A stretch of 64,000 bases of DNA, from positions 1-64,000 of the IMG/VR virus record IMGVR_UViG_3300005077_000565; one strand, 5' to 3'. The notes under the pieces were generated by a model that searched no databases, was not told where the DNA came from, and saw only the letters and a program-made list of their open reading frames with translations. The position numbers were made by a program, and so were the translations under genes. How positions within the stretch are numbered: position 1 is the first letter of the stretch; each line of letters starts with the position of its first letter. Below are positions 49,505 to 59,627 of this stretch, piece after piece. This DNA is from a virus.

Positions 49505-50095
49505 ATGCGCCAATTACAAGAAAAAGCCGGACTAGCAGTTGAAGGACACATCAAGATTCTGGATCCAGAATCCGGTGAAGTGTTCGTCAACAAGCACAAT
49601 GCCATCAACTATGAAAACATCAGTGTTGCCATTGCCAACCTGTTGGCCAACCTAAATTTAGGCCCCAACAGAAACTATCATATTTTAGAAATGGTGTTCG
49701 GCAACGGCGGTGTCAATGTTGACGCAACTGGGTTAGTTAACTATAAGGTAACTAATACAACCAGCGCCAGCGGAACACTGTACAATGAAACGTTTGCTAA
49801 AGTAGTAGCCAATCTCAGCAGTGTTGATCCAGAAAACAACATGGTGGTCAACCACACCGGTGGTAATCACTACAGCGACATTGTTATTACTTGTACGCTT
49901 GATTACAGTGAACCAAACGATCAGGAAACACTGGACACATCAGTAAATATGACTGGCGATTATATTTTTGATGAACTGGGTCTGCGAACACAAGCTGGAA
50001 CATTTATCAGCCATGTAATCTTTCACCCAGTTCAGAAGAGCGCCAATAGAAAAATTCAAGTTATATACACTATAAGAATTACAGCAGGATCATAA
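49505..50095 (+). CDS. baseplate-associated structural protein
   Basis: GHIKILDPESGEV..NKHNAI, FDELGL, HVIFHPVQKSANRKIQVIYTIRI; late promoter upstream. Confidence 0.6.
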   Translation: MRQLQEKAGLAVEGHIKILDPESGEVFVNKHNAINYENISVAIANLLANLNLGPNRNYHILEMVFGNGGVNVDATGLVNYKVTNTTSASGTLYNETFAKVVANLSSVDPENNMVVNHTGGNHYSDIVITCTLDYSEPNDQETLDTSVNMTGDYIFDELGLRTQAGTFISHVIFHPVQKSANRKIQVIYTIRITAGS

Positions 50096-50097
50096 TT

Positions 50098-51183
50098 ATG
50101 CCATATACAGTAGATTATTCAGATGGATTAAAAGCACCACTAGTAGTGGCCGATGGTACAGTCAACACTGAAACCGACATAACTTTGGTGGGTAAAAACT
50201 ATGCTCGGTATGGTGAACTTATTGCCGAAAACCTGTTGCATTTATTAGAAAATTTCGCAGGATCAGCATCGCCCGATAACCCAAGTGAGGGTCAACTGTG
50301 GTATGATAACGTCAACAATGTGTTGAATTATTTCGATGATCGAGCCAGCGCCGGCGGTGTGTGGAAACCACTTGCTACACTAATTGTATCAGAAACTGAG
50401 CCAACACACGAGATCGCCGAAGGGACACTTTGGATGGACAGTGATGGGTTCGGTGCCGGTGGTAAGGTTTATATATATTTTTCCGGTGAGTGGCTGCCCC
50501 TCCAGGTGGCCAATAAAAATAACAGTGTGATACATGCTCAGGTTTTAGATACATCATTGGTAACACACAATGTACTAAAAGTATCAGCTAATGGAATTTT
50601 AGTTGGTATTATCAGCAGCGACACCACTGACTGGGTACCAAACTACGATGTCAGTGGAGGCACTGCTGAATATTCGTTGGACGGCGTCACACTACTCAAA
50701 GACCTATTCCCAATCGTCAAAGCCGGCTATAACTTAAATGTTTCCGGCAGTGAATTTTTGTTCAACGGTACTGCTACTAGTGCGCAATATGCTGACTTGG
50801 CCGAACGTTACGAAGCCGACGCAGTCTACGACTACGGAACAGTAGTTGAGATTGGTGGTGCTAAAGAAATTACAATTTGTCATCATGATCTCTGCGATCG
50901 TGTATTTGGTGTGATCAGTACGAGACCTGGTCTGATGCTGAATTCCATGGCTGGTGACAATAACACACACCCTTATGTTGCTCTAGCTGGTCGAGTACCC
51001 TGCAAGGTGGTCGGTACAGTGCGCAAGGGCGACCGTCTAGTAACTTCAGGAGAAATGCCCGGACATGCTCGTGCGGTGAGTTTTGATGACGCAGTGTCCT
51101 ATCAACATGTAATTGGTCGCGCACTTGAATCTAAAATCAACACAGAACCAGGTTTAATTGAAATAGTTGTAGGGGCAAGATAA
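50098..51183 (+). CDS. baseplate/fibre protein with C-terminal peptidase G2-like intramolecular chaperone
   Basis: YGELIAENLLHLLENFA...EGQLWYD; YADLAERY...GTVV...VALAGRVPCKV.G.V.KGD. Confidence 0.7.
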   Translation: MPYTVDYSDGLKAPLVVADGTVNTETDITLVGKNYARYGELIAENLLHLLENFAGSASPDNPSEGQLWYDNVNNVLNYFDDRASAGGVWKPLATLIVSETEPTHEIAEGTLWMDSDGFGAGGKVYIYFSGEWLPLQVANKNNSVIHAQVLDTSLVTHNVLKVSANGILVGIISSDTTDWVPNYDVSGGTAEYSLDGVTLLKDLFPIVKAGYNLNVSGSEFLFNGTATSAQYADLAERYEADAVYDYGTVVEIGGAKEITICHHDLCDRVFGVISTRPGLMLNSMAGDNNTHPYVALAGRVPCKVVGTVRKGDRLVTSGEMPGHARAVSFDDAVSYQHVIGRALESKINTEPGLIEIVVGAR

Positions 51184-51184
51184 C

Positions 51185-52471
51185 GTGGCTCTTGTACCCG
51201 GTCAACTAATCCAGGCTGCAGACTACAACACCCTGGCAACTGTGGTCAACAAGCTGTATGCTGACAATCGTTCAGATTGTCAGTATTTTGCTGAATTTAC
51301 CAGTATTGTCGATGAGGGTACTAGTGAAGTCAGTTACGTCATTAATAACGCTACATTTTGTAATGCTATTTTTGTAATACATGAAACTGATTACCCAATT
51401 ATAAGTCCAGGATCAGGCCCATTTACGTTGTCTCCAGCACCGGTCACTGGTGATCTCATAGTAATTCAGATTGGGGATCAAGTAACAGTTGGTGTTGGAT
51501 ATATAATTGACTACAACGCCGGGACCATTACGTTTACAACGGCACTTCCAGCTGCAACTAGAGTCGTAATTTATAATAGAACACTGCATCGATTTGGCTA
51601 TGGCAACACTTCAGTTGTCAACAATCTTACTGCCGGTATACTGGTCGAAGGCGCATACACCAATGGACTAATCGACAGAACAAACATTATACTCGAGCAC
51701 GTCGGTGACGACAGTCAGTTAACTAACGTTGACATTGGGCAGATTATCACAGTAAACGAGGGGAATTTCCTTGAAAGTGTTATTAATAACTCAATTATAG
51801 CAAATAACACCTATCTAACATGTGTTGCTGGCAGTGAAATACCACATACACCGTATACTACTTATAATTCCTGGCAGGAAGTTTTAACTGCTGAATTCGC
51901 GTATACTTTCGACGATTATAACCAGGGCCGGTATTTTTTCAACAGCGGTGGTGAAATTCGATGGAAACTTGAAATCACTGGAAACGTCAATAACCTGGGA
52001 TTTATATCCTGGCACCGCGCCATATCGTCAATTGGTAAATTACGTATGACACACGACAATGTTTACCAGAGTGGGTGTGGTGGTATCAGTAATGGTTGTG
52101 GGTTCTACCATTTAACCAATGAATGGCAGTTGATTTTCACCAGTGGTTCGGGCGTATGTAGCTCATATGGTGGATATGGCGGATATGGCGGATACGGCGG
52201 ATATGGCGGATATGGCGGATATGGCGGATATGGCGGTTACACTGATTTGCGAGTTCAATTTTATGCTAGATTGACATCAACCGGCGGGTCACACCAAGTA
52301 GAAATCAAACTAGTCCTAGATGACAGTACGCATAGCAGTTACGTTATGAGTGGGTCATTAACCTACGTACCGAGTGTATTCCAACCCGACTACATAGCAA
52401 AAAATAATGTTGAATATTCTGTAACTGGACCAGTGATCAGTCAGACATCACCATTTACTGACTCTTTATAA
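51185..52471 (+). CDS. virion structural protein containing a (YGG)8 tract
   Basis: GRYFFNSGGEIRW...GFYHLT..WQLIFT motif; coupled to the upstream gene. Confidence 0.65.
   Translation: MALVPGQLIQAADYNTLATVVNKLYADNRSDCQYFAEFTSIVDEGTSEVSYVINNATFCNAIFVIHETDYPIISPGSGPFTLSPAPVTGDLIVIQIGDQVTVGVGYIIDYNAGTITFTTALPAATRVVIYNRTLHRFGYGNTSVVNNLTAGILVEGAYTNGLIDRTNIILEHVGDDSQLTNVDIGQIITVNEGNFLESVINNSIIANNTYLTCVAGSEIPHTPYTTYNSWQEVLTAEFAYTFDDYNQGRYFFNSGGEIRWKLEITGNVNNLGFISWHRAISSIGKLRMTHDNVYQSGCGGISNGCGFYHLTNEWQLIFTSGSGVCSSYGGYGGYGGYGGYGGYGGYGGYGGYTDLRVQFYARLTSTGGSHQVEIKLVLDDSTHSSYVMSGSLTYVPSVFQPDYIAKNNVEYSVTGPVISQTSPFTDSL
52166..52240 (+). repeat. 9-bp tandem repeat (tatggcgga)x8 encoding YGG
   Basis: Directly visible; synonymous variants in units 1, 4 and 8. 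Confidence 0.95.
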
Positions 52472-52478
52472 AAATTGA

Positions 52479-52507
52479 TTGACAACCTGATATAAATACG
52501 TTAAAGT
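52479..52507 (+). promoter_or_regulatory. nested promoter TTGACA-N17-TAAAGT with TATAAATA (52491-52498) in the spacer
   Basis: Sequence inspection; heads the modification cluster. Confidence 0.65.
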
Positions 52508-52537
52508 AGTAGTTAATACTCTTAAAGGTAATTTATA

Positions 52538-52885
52538 ATGGATGATCGTTTATCAAAAGCATTAGAGTTTTCAAATTATCGCATCACAATTGAAAACCAG
52601 AAAAAAGCCCTAAAGGCACGTGTCAGTACACTTCAGACATTCATGCATCAGGAAGGTGTCTGGACTGCTGATCTAGCAACAATTTCTTTTATACACACGC
52701 TAATCTCCAGTGGAGAAACTTCTAGTATTATTCAAGATACTCGCGGTAACCCCGTCCAAGTTGATGATCTGGCAGAATTCCTAAAATTATTAATCAGTAC
52801 CTATAACATGGCAATGAATGAGTTATCAGTGGAATTCAACAAATTGTCCAAGGCACGAAACATTAAAAAACTAATGGATTGGTAA
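52538..52885 (+). CDS. hypothetical protein, first gene of the modification cluster
   Basis: 115-aa helical ORF with AAGG RBS. Confidence 0.65.
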   Translation: MDDRLSKALEFSNYRITIENQKKALKARVSTLQTFMHQEGVWTADLATISFIHTLISSGETSSIIQDTRGNPVQVDDLAEFLKLLISTYNMAMNELSVEFNKLSKARNIKKLMDW

Positions 52886-53775
52886 TGAATAACAACGGTG
52901 TGTGCTTCTTTGCATATAATAACGACCAGATCGACTATGTGAAACTAAGTTTGTTGCCGGCACTTCATGTTAAAAAATTCATGAAGAACAACAATACTTG
53001 TTTGATTACCAGCGATGGTGATTTTGCTTGGTTGGAAAAAAGTCAACCGTGTGAATTGATTGATCAGGCCTTTGATGAAGTCGTAATTGCCGACGTTGAA
53101 CATCGTCATAATATACGAACACATCACGACAGTCCCTGGACTAAATTTGATTCGCAGTTTAAAAATAGTAACAAGCATCTAATCAATAAATATTCACCTT
53201 TTGATCGAACATTGTTGTTAGACATTGACTATTTTGTGCGCAATGACAAACTGGACTATCTGTTTGATTCCGACGTAAATGTAGCTATGTATGATCGAGC
53301 GTGTGATCTTCGTCGTGATCCACCACATCTTTACGAACAATATTTAAATCCTGCCGGAATCCCCATGTGGTGGAGTACTCTAGTGTACTTTGATCGCAGT
53401 GACACCAGTGATATGTTCTTTGACCTCTGGGCACACGTTGCCGACAATTACGATTTTTATAAATTTTTATACGGGTTCCCTGGTAAAATGTTCAGGACAG
53501 ACTACTGTGTCAGCATTGTATCGCATATTATGAATGGCATGGTGCATGGTGATATTATACATCGTCCACTGGACAACTTAATGGAGTACATGGATCAGAA
53601 AGACGACATTGTTGAAATTAAATCAGCAGATGACTGGGTGTTCTTATCCAACGATCGCCGCGAAGCCTGGAATAACATTTTAGTACGAAACAAATCGTCA
53701 AATCTACACGTCATGAACAAACGAAGCATTGACCGTCATTATGATAAAATTTTAGAAAGTGTATATAATGTCTGA
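52879..53775 (+). CDS. GT-A fold glycosyltransferase-like protein
   Basis: FDEVV, SPFDRTLLLDID (DxD), WSTLVYF, FRTDY, LHVMNK. Confidence 0.65.
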   Translation: MVMNNNGVCFFAYNNDQIDYVKLSLLPALHVKKFMKNNNTCLITSDGDFAWLEKSQPCELIDQAFDEVVIADVEHRHNIRTHHDSPWTKFDSQFKNSNKHLINKYSPFDRTLLLDIDYFVRNDKLDYLFDSDVNVAMYDRACDLRRDPPHLYEQYLNPAGIPMWWSTLVYFDRSDTSDMFFDLWAHVADNYDFYKFLYGFPGKMFRTDYCVSIVSHIMNGMVHGDIIHRPLDNLMEYMDQKDDIVEIKSADDWVFLSNDRREAWNNILVRNKSSNLHVMNKRSIDRHYDKILESVYNV

Positions 53776-54607
53776 AGGATACATTACACTGGCAATAACA
53801 CCGGAATCAATTCAGCGTGCAGTTGCATTGTGCGCCAGTGTCAAACTAATCGACAGCGCTCGCGAGTTTTGCTTGATCACTGATAAATTCACGTCAGTAC
53901 CAAAAAAATACGAATCCGTTTTTGACATGATCATCGAACTACCATTCGGTAACAGCGATCATACCGAAGATGAACACATCAATATCTGGCAGATGTTTTT
54001 GAGTAGCCCGTTTGACCGCACATTATTTTTAGATAATAAGGTTCTAGTTCTTAGTGATATTGAGCGCGCCTGGAGCGAGTGTGAAACTTACGATTTAATA
54101 TTCCCGCATGTCGTCAGAAATTTCCGTGGCGAACAACGTCCATTGAAATACAAATTCAATGTCCATCGAAAAAATAACATTCCTGAATTTTACACTGATG
54201 TGTTTTTCTTTGAAAAAACCGAGCGATCAGCCCAGTTTTTTAAGATGCTGGATCCGGTAATGCAGCAGCATCGTCGAGTATACTCGACTATAGTTACAGA
54301 ATCTTGCCCAGATTATTTTGACTGGAACTTATTGATTAACGTTGCGATCAGACTAGCTGGTGAAGAAACTAGAATTTTTGGTAATATTGATTATACACTA
54401 GTAAGTCTAGAAAATATTACATTGGATGATCACGATCTACCCAATGACTGGACTGATTATCTGAGTAACTGGTATAATAGTGGTAATTTAAAAATTAATA
54501 ACCATAGACTATCTGGAATAGTTTGTTATAATAGTGAAAATTTTATAGAAGAAGAAATTTTAGATGACCTCCACAGTAGGATTAACTTTAGTAAAATCGA
54601 CGTCTAA
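53759..54607 (+). CDS. GT-A fold glycosyltransferase-like protein (paralog, degenerate DxD; start probably MSEG)
   Basis: EGYITLA...ASVK...CLITD...FDMIIELP...SPFDRTLFLD. Confidence 0.6.
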   Translation: MYIMSEGYITLAITPESIQRAVALCASVKLIDSAREFCLITDKFTSVPKKYESVFDMIIELPFGNSDHTEDEHINIWQMFLSSPFDRTLFLDNKVLVLSDIERAWSECETYDLIFPHVVRNFRGEQRPLKYKFNVHRKNNIPEFYTDVFFFEKTERSAQFFKMLDPVMQQHRRVYSTIVTESCPDYFDWNLLINVAIRLAGEETRIFGNIDYTLVSLENITLDDHDLPNDWTDYLSNWYNSGNLKINNHRLSGIVCYNSENFIEEEILDDLHSRINFSKIDV

Positions 54608-56351
54608 AGTTCGTGATTTTTTTGTATACTATAATGAATGGGATGGTTCAATTGTAACTGTGACCAGTTCCGAGTACGACAGTATTGGCCACCCATTTAT
54701 AATAACCGACAGTCCAGCGGCTGGTCTTATACTGCGCGGTGAAGCAAATGAGAATGATTATATTGTCACTTACAACGATACTAATTCTCTATGCCTGATT
54801 GAGCGTGGGAATGTAATCCGGCTACGCAGCAGTGAGAATAAACTTCATACTCTGACTAAAAAACATAGTCATGACTGGGATATACGTATAAAAGTATATA
54901 CTGGGAACAACAAAATGCTGGTAGAAATTAACAGCGAAAGTATCCGCAAACTCAGTAATATGACATTTAACAAAACTATCGAGATGAGTCCTAGTACTGA
55001 TCTAGGTCTTTATGTCATAAAGTATAATTCACCCGACTATTTTTTGGAAAAAATAAATGTTGATCCGGTTGAGTTGTTGACTGTGGGTAATGTGGTATAC
55101 GACATCAGTGATTTAAAAAAGCACATCAGTCTTCGCGATATTGGATTTTTAACCAGACGTATTTTTAAAAATTACTACTACGACATTGTACCCGACAGTC
55201 TGGATATTATCCAGCAAACACTGATTAAAAATAGAAGTTATGTGCACCGACATGCTGTTCACAATCTTGAACGTGCACATATCACAATGACACAGATTGC
55301 AGACCAGTTGACATTCACCACTAGTCTAAGCAAAACTGATTTAGAAGATCTGGGGTTGTATGAAGATGCCATCTGGTTATATGTTGTTGGAGACACTCCA
55401 GACGAGTACTACGGTAAAATACTGCTGGACATTAAAGAATTAAAAACTAAAAAAACTGTAACCATCACCAACGATGGTGATATCAGTCACGGCGTCTGGG
55501 GCAGTGATGCCGCACACAAAGCAGCCGCAGCATTAAGTGAAACCAGCAGATTTATCACTATTGATGCTGATAATATCGTGCACGATGATTTCTTCTCAGT
55601 GGAAGTAGACATGGATCGCATCGGTGAAAACGATGTGATTAGCTGGGCCGGTAAAAACGTTATTAACGGACTAGTCTACGGCAACGGCGGTATCAAATGC
55701 TGGCCAGTACATGTGGTCAACGGCATGCGCACACATGAAGCAGCACCGGCCAATGATAAGCGTGCCCAGGTTGACTTTTGTTGGAACATTAACTATGTGC
55801 AGATGAACAACATGTATTGCGACGTGCATAATAATGGCAGTCCCTATCAAGCGTACCGTGCTGGATTCCGTGAAGGATGTAAAATGAGTCTGGACGACGG
55901 TGATGTTGTAGACAAGTATGCGCTTAAAAAATTACATCGCAAAAATTATCAGCGCATGTTAGTGTGGATGTCGGTGGGTGCAGATGCCGCTAACGGACTC
56001 TGGGCCATATATGGTGCGAGACTTGGCTGTTATATGACTAACTTGGACAGAAATTCCTGGGACTGGCGCAACGTTCGAGATTTTAAGTGGCATACTGATT
56101 TCTGGAATTCCACTGTAGCACCACAGTTTGCTGATGAAAATGGTGTTTTGTGCCCGAGAACTGGCTATCGTTACAATCTAGAAAAATTACAAACAGAAAC
56201 TCTACGACTAGGTAAAATACTTCAGGATCAACTTGGACTGGAGATTGCTGACTTGGATGATAAAGCCAGCCGTTTCTTCAAAGAAACATATGTCAATCCA
56301 GCACGTGTAAGACCCATGGCACGAGAATCTGATGTAACCAACGAAATCTAA
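54564..56351 (+). CDS. two-part ORF: unknown N-terminal half fused to an N-terminally truncated glycosyltransferase-like domain
   Basis: C-terminal half HGVWGSDAAHKAAA..SETSRFITIDADN, NGLVYGNGGIKCW, QAYRAGFREGCKM; composition shifts near 55485. Confidence 0.6.
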   Translation: MTSTVGLTLVKSTSKVRDFFVYYNEWDGSIVTVTSSEYDSIGHPFIITDSPAAGLILRGEANENDYIVTYNDTNSLCLIERGNVIRLRSSENKLHTLTKKHSHDWDIRIKVYTGNNKMLVEINSESIRKLSNMTFNKTIEMSPSTDLGLYVIKYNSPDYFLEKINVDPVELLTVGNVVYDISDLKKHISLRDIGFLTRRIFKNYYYDIVPDSLDIIQQTLIKNRSYVHRHAVHNLERAHITMTQIADQLTFTTSLSKTDLEDLGLYEDAIWLYVVGDTPDEYYGKILLDIKELKTKKTVTITNDGDISHGVWGSDAAHKAAAALSETSRFITIDADNIVHDDFFSVEVDMDRIGENDVISWAGKNVINGLVYGNGGIKCWPVHVVNGMRTHEAAPANDKRAQVDFCWNINYVQMNNMYCDVHNNGSPYQAYRAGFREGCKMSLDDGDVVDKYALKKLHRKNYQRMLVWMSVGADAANGLWAIYGARLGCYMTNLDRNSWDWRNVRDFKWHTDFWNSTVAPQFADENGVLCPRTGYRYNLEKLQTETLRLGKILQDQLGLEIADLDDKASRFFKETYVNPARVRPMARESDVTNEI

Positions 56352-56359
56352 TATATTAA

Positions 56360-57940
56360 ATGGAACTAGGAAATTTAAATTGGGACCGTAATCCCGACGA
56401 TGGTAAACAGCAGATTCGTATGAATGATTATAATGCGGGTCTGACTAAACAACTTCTAGATAGCACCGGGCCGGGTTTCTGCCTGGCCAAATGGAAACAG
56501 GTCACTGTACATCTTGGGACTGGTATGACACATAGTTGTCATCACCCCACTACACATAAGATTCCATTAGAAGAGTTAAAAAACAACGTAAGTGCACTGC
56601 ATAACACAGAATTCAAAAAGCAGCAACGAAAAACTATGTTGTCCGGGGGGCGCCCCGCAGAGTGTGATTATTGCTGGCGTGTGGAAGACAATGGTAATTT
56701 CAGTGATCGCCATTATAAGAGTATGGAATATTGGGCACTGCCAGAGCATGACAATATCGCCAAATTAACTGGTGATGAGAATGTATACCCTAGCTACCTA
56801 GAAGTGAGTTTTAGTAATGTCTGCAATTTTAAATGTACATATTGTGGTCCCGAATCCAGCAGCCAGTGGGTTGATGATTTAAAAACGCATGGTCCCATCA
56901 AGGTATTTGCTGAAACCCCGCATGAGACATGGATTCAGGGCTGGCAGAAGAATCTAGAATCGTTAAATTATAAAAATAACGAATTTAACCCCTACGTGGA
57001 TGCATTCTGGCGTTGGTGGCCAGAAGCGTACCCGCATCTTAAAGTATTCCGCATCACCGGCGGGGAACCACTGTTGAGTAAAGAAACCTTTAGGGTTATT
57101 GACTGGATTTCCGAAAATCCGAATCCCGATCTGGAATTTCACATCAATACTAACCTAGGAGTGCCGGAAAAATTATGGCAGCAGTTTCTAACCAAAATAA
57201 CTGCGATCAAGGACTCTGACAACGTTAATAACATTACGATATACACTAGTGTAGACGGCTGGGGCAAACGTGCCGAGTATGCAAGACCAGGCCTGGATTT
57301 TGAATTATTTAAGACTAGATATGAACAACTAGTGTCACTGGGAAATATTAGATGTGTGATCATGAGCACATATAATATTTTTAGTGTTACATCCTTCAAG
57401 CAACTCCTAGAGTGGCAACTGGCACTGCGTAAAAAATACAACGCCAACCCCAGTGTATATAAACTAGAAGATCTTGGATGGCGCACACGTCCTGACGTTG
57501 ACAACAATGAGTTGCGCTATAAAAATTCCAAACACAGCAGTGTCGTGGCCATTGATGTACCTTATTTACGTCACCCCAAAGTATTGGACGCTCACATCTC
57601 GTCTCATGATCTAGTCTACAACTATATGCTGCCTAGCTTGGACTTCATGTCGGACAATCAGAGTGAACCCAATTGGCGTTATCACATGGGATTTGAAGGC
57701 TATGAAATTGATAAACTTAGACGCATTGTCATGCATCGTATGTATTTTAACCAGCCAGTAAAAAACCCCACAGACATTGAGCGCGACGACATCAACCAAC
57801 TACGTGGGCAGTTCTATGATTATGTTAATATACTAGATCAGCGTAACGGAACAAATTTCTCTGAAACATTTCCAGAAATGGCCGAATTCTATCAAATGTG
57901 CAAAGAAGCCAAAGAAAAATGGTTATCCCTGCAAAAGTAA
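56360..57940 (+). CDS. radical SAM protein with N-terminal auxiliary Cys cluster
   Basis: CNFKCTYC, ITGGEPLL, INTN; N-terminal FCLAKW...SCHH...ECDYCW. Confidence 0.9.
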   Translation: MELGNLNWDRNPDDGKQQIRMNDYNAGLTKQLLDSTGPGFCLAKWKQVTVHLGTGMTHSCHHPTTHKIPLEELKNNVSALHNTEFKKQQRKTMLSGGRPAECDYCWRVEDNGNFSDRHYKSMEYWALPEHDNIAKLTGDENVYPSYLEVSFSNVCNFKCTYCGPESSSQWVDDLKTHGPIKVFAETPHETWIQGWQKNLESLNYKNNEFNPYVDAFWRWWPEAYPHLKVFRITGGEPLLSKETFRVIDWISENPNPDLEFHINTNLGVPEKLWQQFLTKITAIKDSDNVNNITIYTSVDGWGKRAEYARPGLDFELFKTRYEQLVSLGNIRCVIMSTYNIFSVTSFKQLLEWQLALRKKYNANPSVYKLEDLGWRTRPDVDNNELRYKNSKHSSVVAIDVPYLRHPKVLDAHISSHDLVYNYMLPSLDFMSDNQSEPNWRYHMGFEGYEIDKLRRIVMHRMYFNQPVKNPTDIERDDINQLRGQFYDYVNILDQRNGTNFSETFPEMAEFYQMCKEAKEKWLSLQK

Positions 57941-57953
57941 TATATAATAGTAT

Positions 57954-59627
57954 ATGACTAAGAAAAAATTTGCTGATAACGTCTGGGAACGCAACGCTAA
58001 TGGCCAACTAAACATGTCTTTGGCTAATCGGCAACAAATACGTAATTTGTTGAATGAAACTGGGCCAGGATTCTGCCTAGCCAAGTGGTCACAGGTGACC
58101 ATGCATCTAGGCAACGGTCTAACACATAGTTGTCATCATCCCGGGGCACACAAAATACCACTGGAAGAACTCGCTGAAAATCCCGGTGCTCTACATAATA
58201 CAAAATATAAAAAATATCAGCGTAAATTAATGCTGTCAGGTCAACGCCCGTCGGAATGTGATTTTTGCTGGCGTGTGGAAGACAACAACGAATTCAGTGA
58301 CCGAGTTCTAAAAAGTCTCAGTGAATTCAGCAGCGACTACTATGATCAGATTGTTAATTACACCGGCGAAGAAGATCATTATCCAGCCTATGTTGAAGTA
58401 AGTTTTGGCAGGACCTGCAACTTTGCATGCTCGTACTGCGGTCCAGCATTTAGTAGTAAGTGGGAACAGGACATCAGCAAGTCAGGTCCCTACAAAGTAA
58501 TATATCAGGAGTATAACGCTGTACAGGAATCCGAAAAACACTACAACAACAACGAACATAATCCTTATATCGAAGCATTCTGGCGTTGGTTCCCCGATGC
58601 ATACAAACATATGCAGGTGTTTCGCATCACCGGCGGTGAACCACTGCTGATCAAGGACACATTCAGGGTCATGGATTTTCTATTGGCCAACCCCAACCCC
58701 AACCTCGAACTAGCAATAAATTCCAATGCCTGTCCGCCGGGAGATATCTGGGAGACATTTGTCAAGAAAGTAAAACGCCTGGTTGAAAATAACTGCGTTA
58801 AAAAATTTGATCTGTACACAAGTGCTGAAGCCACTGGTGAGCGTGCTGAGTATATTCGCGACGGCATGGACTGGAATATGTTTACAAAAAACATCGAGTA
58901 TTTTTTGACTGAAACTAGAAATACTCGGGTAGTGATAATGTCCACTTTTAACATACTCAGTGCCAGTACCTATCAGGAATTGCTGACCTGGATTTTGGAT
59001 CTCAAGCGCCGTTACAGCTATCATGGGCTGTTCAAGTGGTTTGAAGATCTGGGATTTTCACGTCATGAGCAGGGAGAGTTGCCCTACCAGGATAGGGTAG
59101 TTCCGGGATCAAATGCAGTTCATAGTCGCGTGGGCGTTGATATCCCCTACCTAAGACACCCTGCCTTTCTAGATGTTGCCATGTGTACACATGAGCAGAT
59201 AAACGACTACCTGATACCAGCGCTGGATTTTATGTATAGTAATCTCTCCAGTGCTGAATATTTTGGTACTAGTAGATTTGAAGATTACGAATGCATGAAA
59301 TTGAAACGCAATGTTTCGGATTGTATCAACAAATCAGTGCAGGTATATCCAGATGGCACACATCAAAATAAAACCATCGCATATGCTCGAGCACAATTTT
59401 ATAAATTTGTAGAAGAGTACGATCGACGCCGCAAAAAAGATTTCCTAAAAACATTTCCTGAATACACTGGATTTTATGACCTTTGCCGCATCGAGCATGA
59501 AAAATTATTTCCAGTACAGCATAGAACTATAATAGAAAAGGTAAAACAAGATGATCAAGTACAGAACACACTGGCAGTTGAACAAACAGTCGGGCCTGAT
59601 GCCAGCGACTCAGACACTAACGTTTAA
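57954..59627 (+). CDS. radical SAM protein, tandem paralog
   Basis: CNFACSYC, ITGGEPLL; FCLAKW...SCHH...ECDFCW. Confidence 0.9.
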   Translation: MTKKKFADNVWERNANGQLNMSLANRQQIRNLLNETGPGFCLAKWSQVTMHLGNGLTHSCHHPGAHKIPLEELAENPGALHNTKYKKYQRKLMLSGQRPSECDFCWRVEDNNEFSDRVLKSLSEFSSDYYDQIVNYTGEEDHYPAYVEVSFGRTCNFACSYCGPAFSSKWEQDISKSGPYKVIYQEYNAVQESEKHYNNNEHNPYIEAFWRWFPDAYKHMQVFRITGGEPLLIKDTFRVMDFLLANPNPNLELAINSNACPPGDIWETFVKKVKRLVENNCVKKFDLYTSAEATGERAEYIRDGMDWNMFTKNIEYFLTETRNTRVVIMSTFNILSASTYQELLTWILDLKRRYSYHGLFKWFEDLGFSRHEQGELPYQDRVVPGSNAVHSRVGVDIPYLRHPAFLDVAMCTHEQINDYLIPALDFMYSNLSSAEYFGTSRFEDYECMKLKRNVSDCINKSVQVYPDGTHQNKTIAYARAQFYKFVEEYDRRRKKDFLKTFPEYTGFYDLCRIEHEKLFPVQHRTIIEKVKQDDQVQNTLAVEQTVGPDASDSDTNV

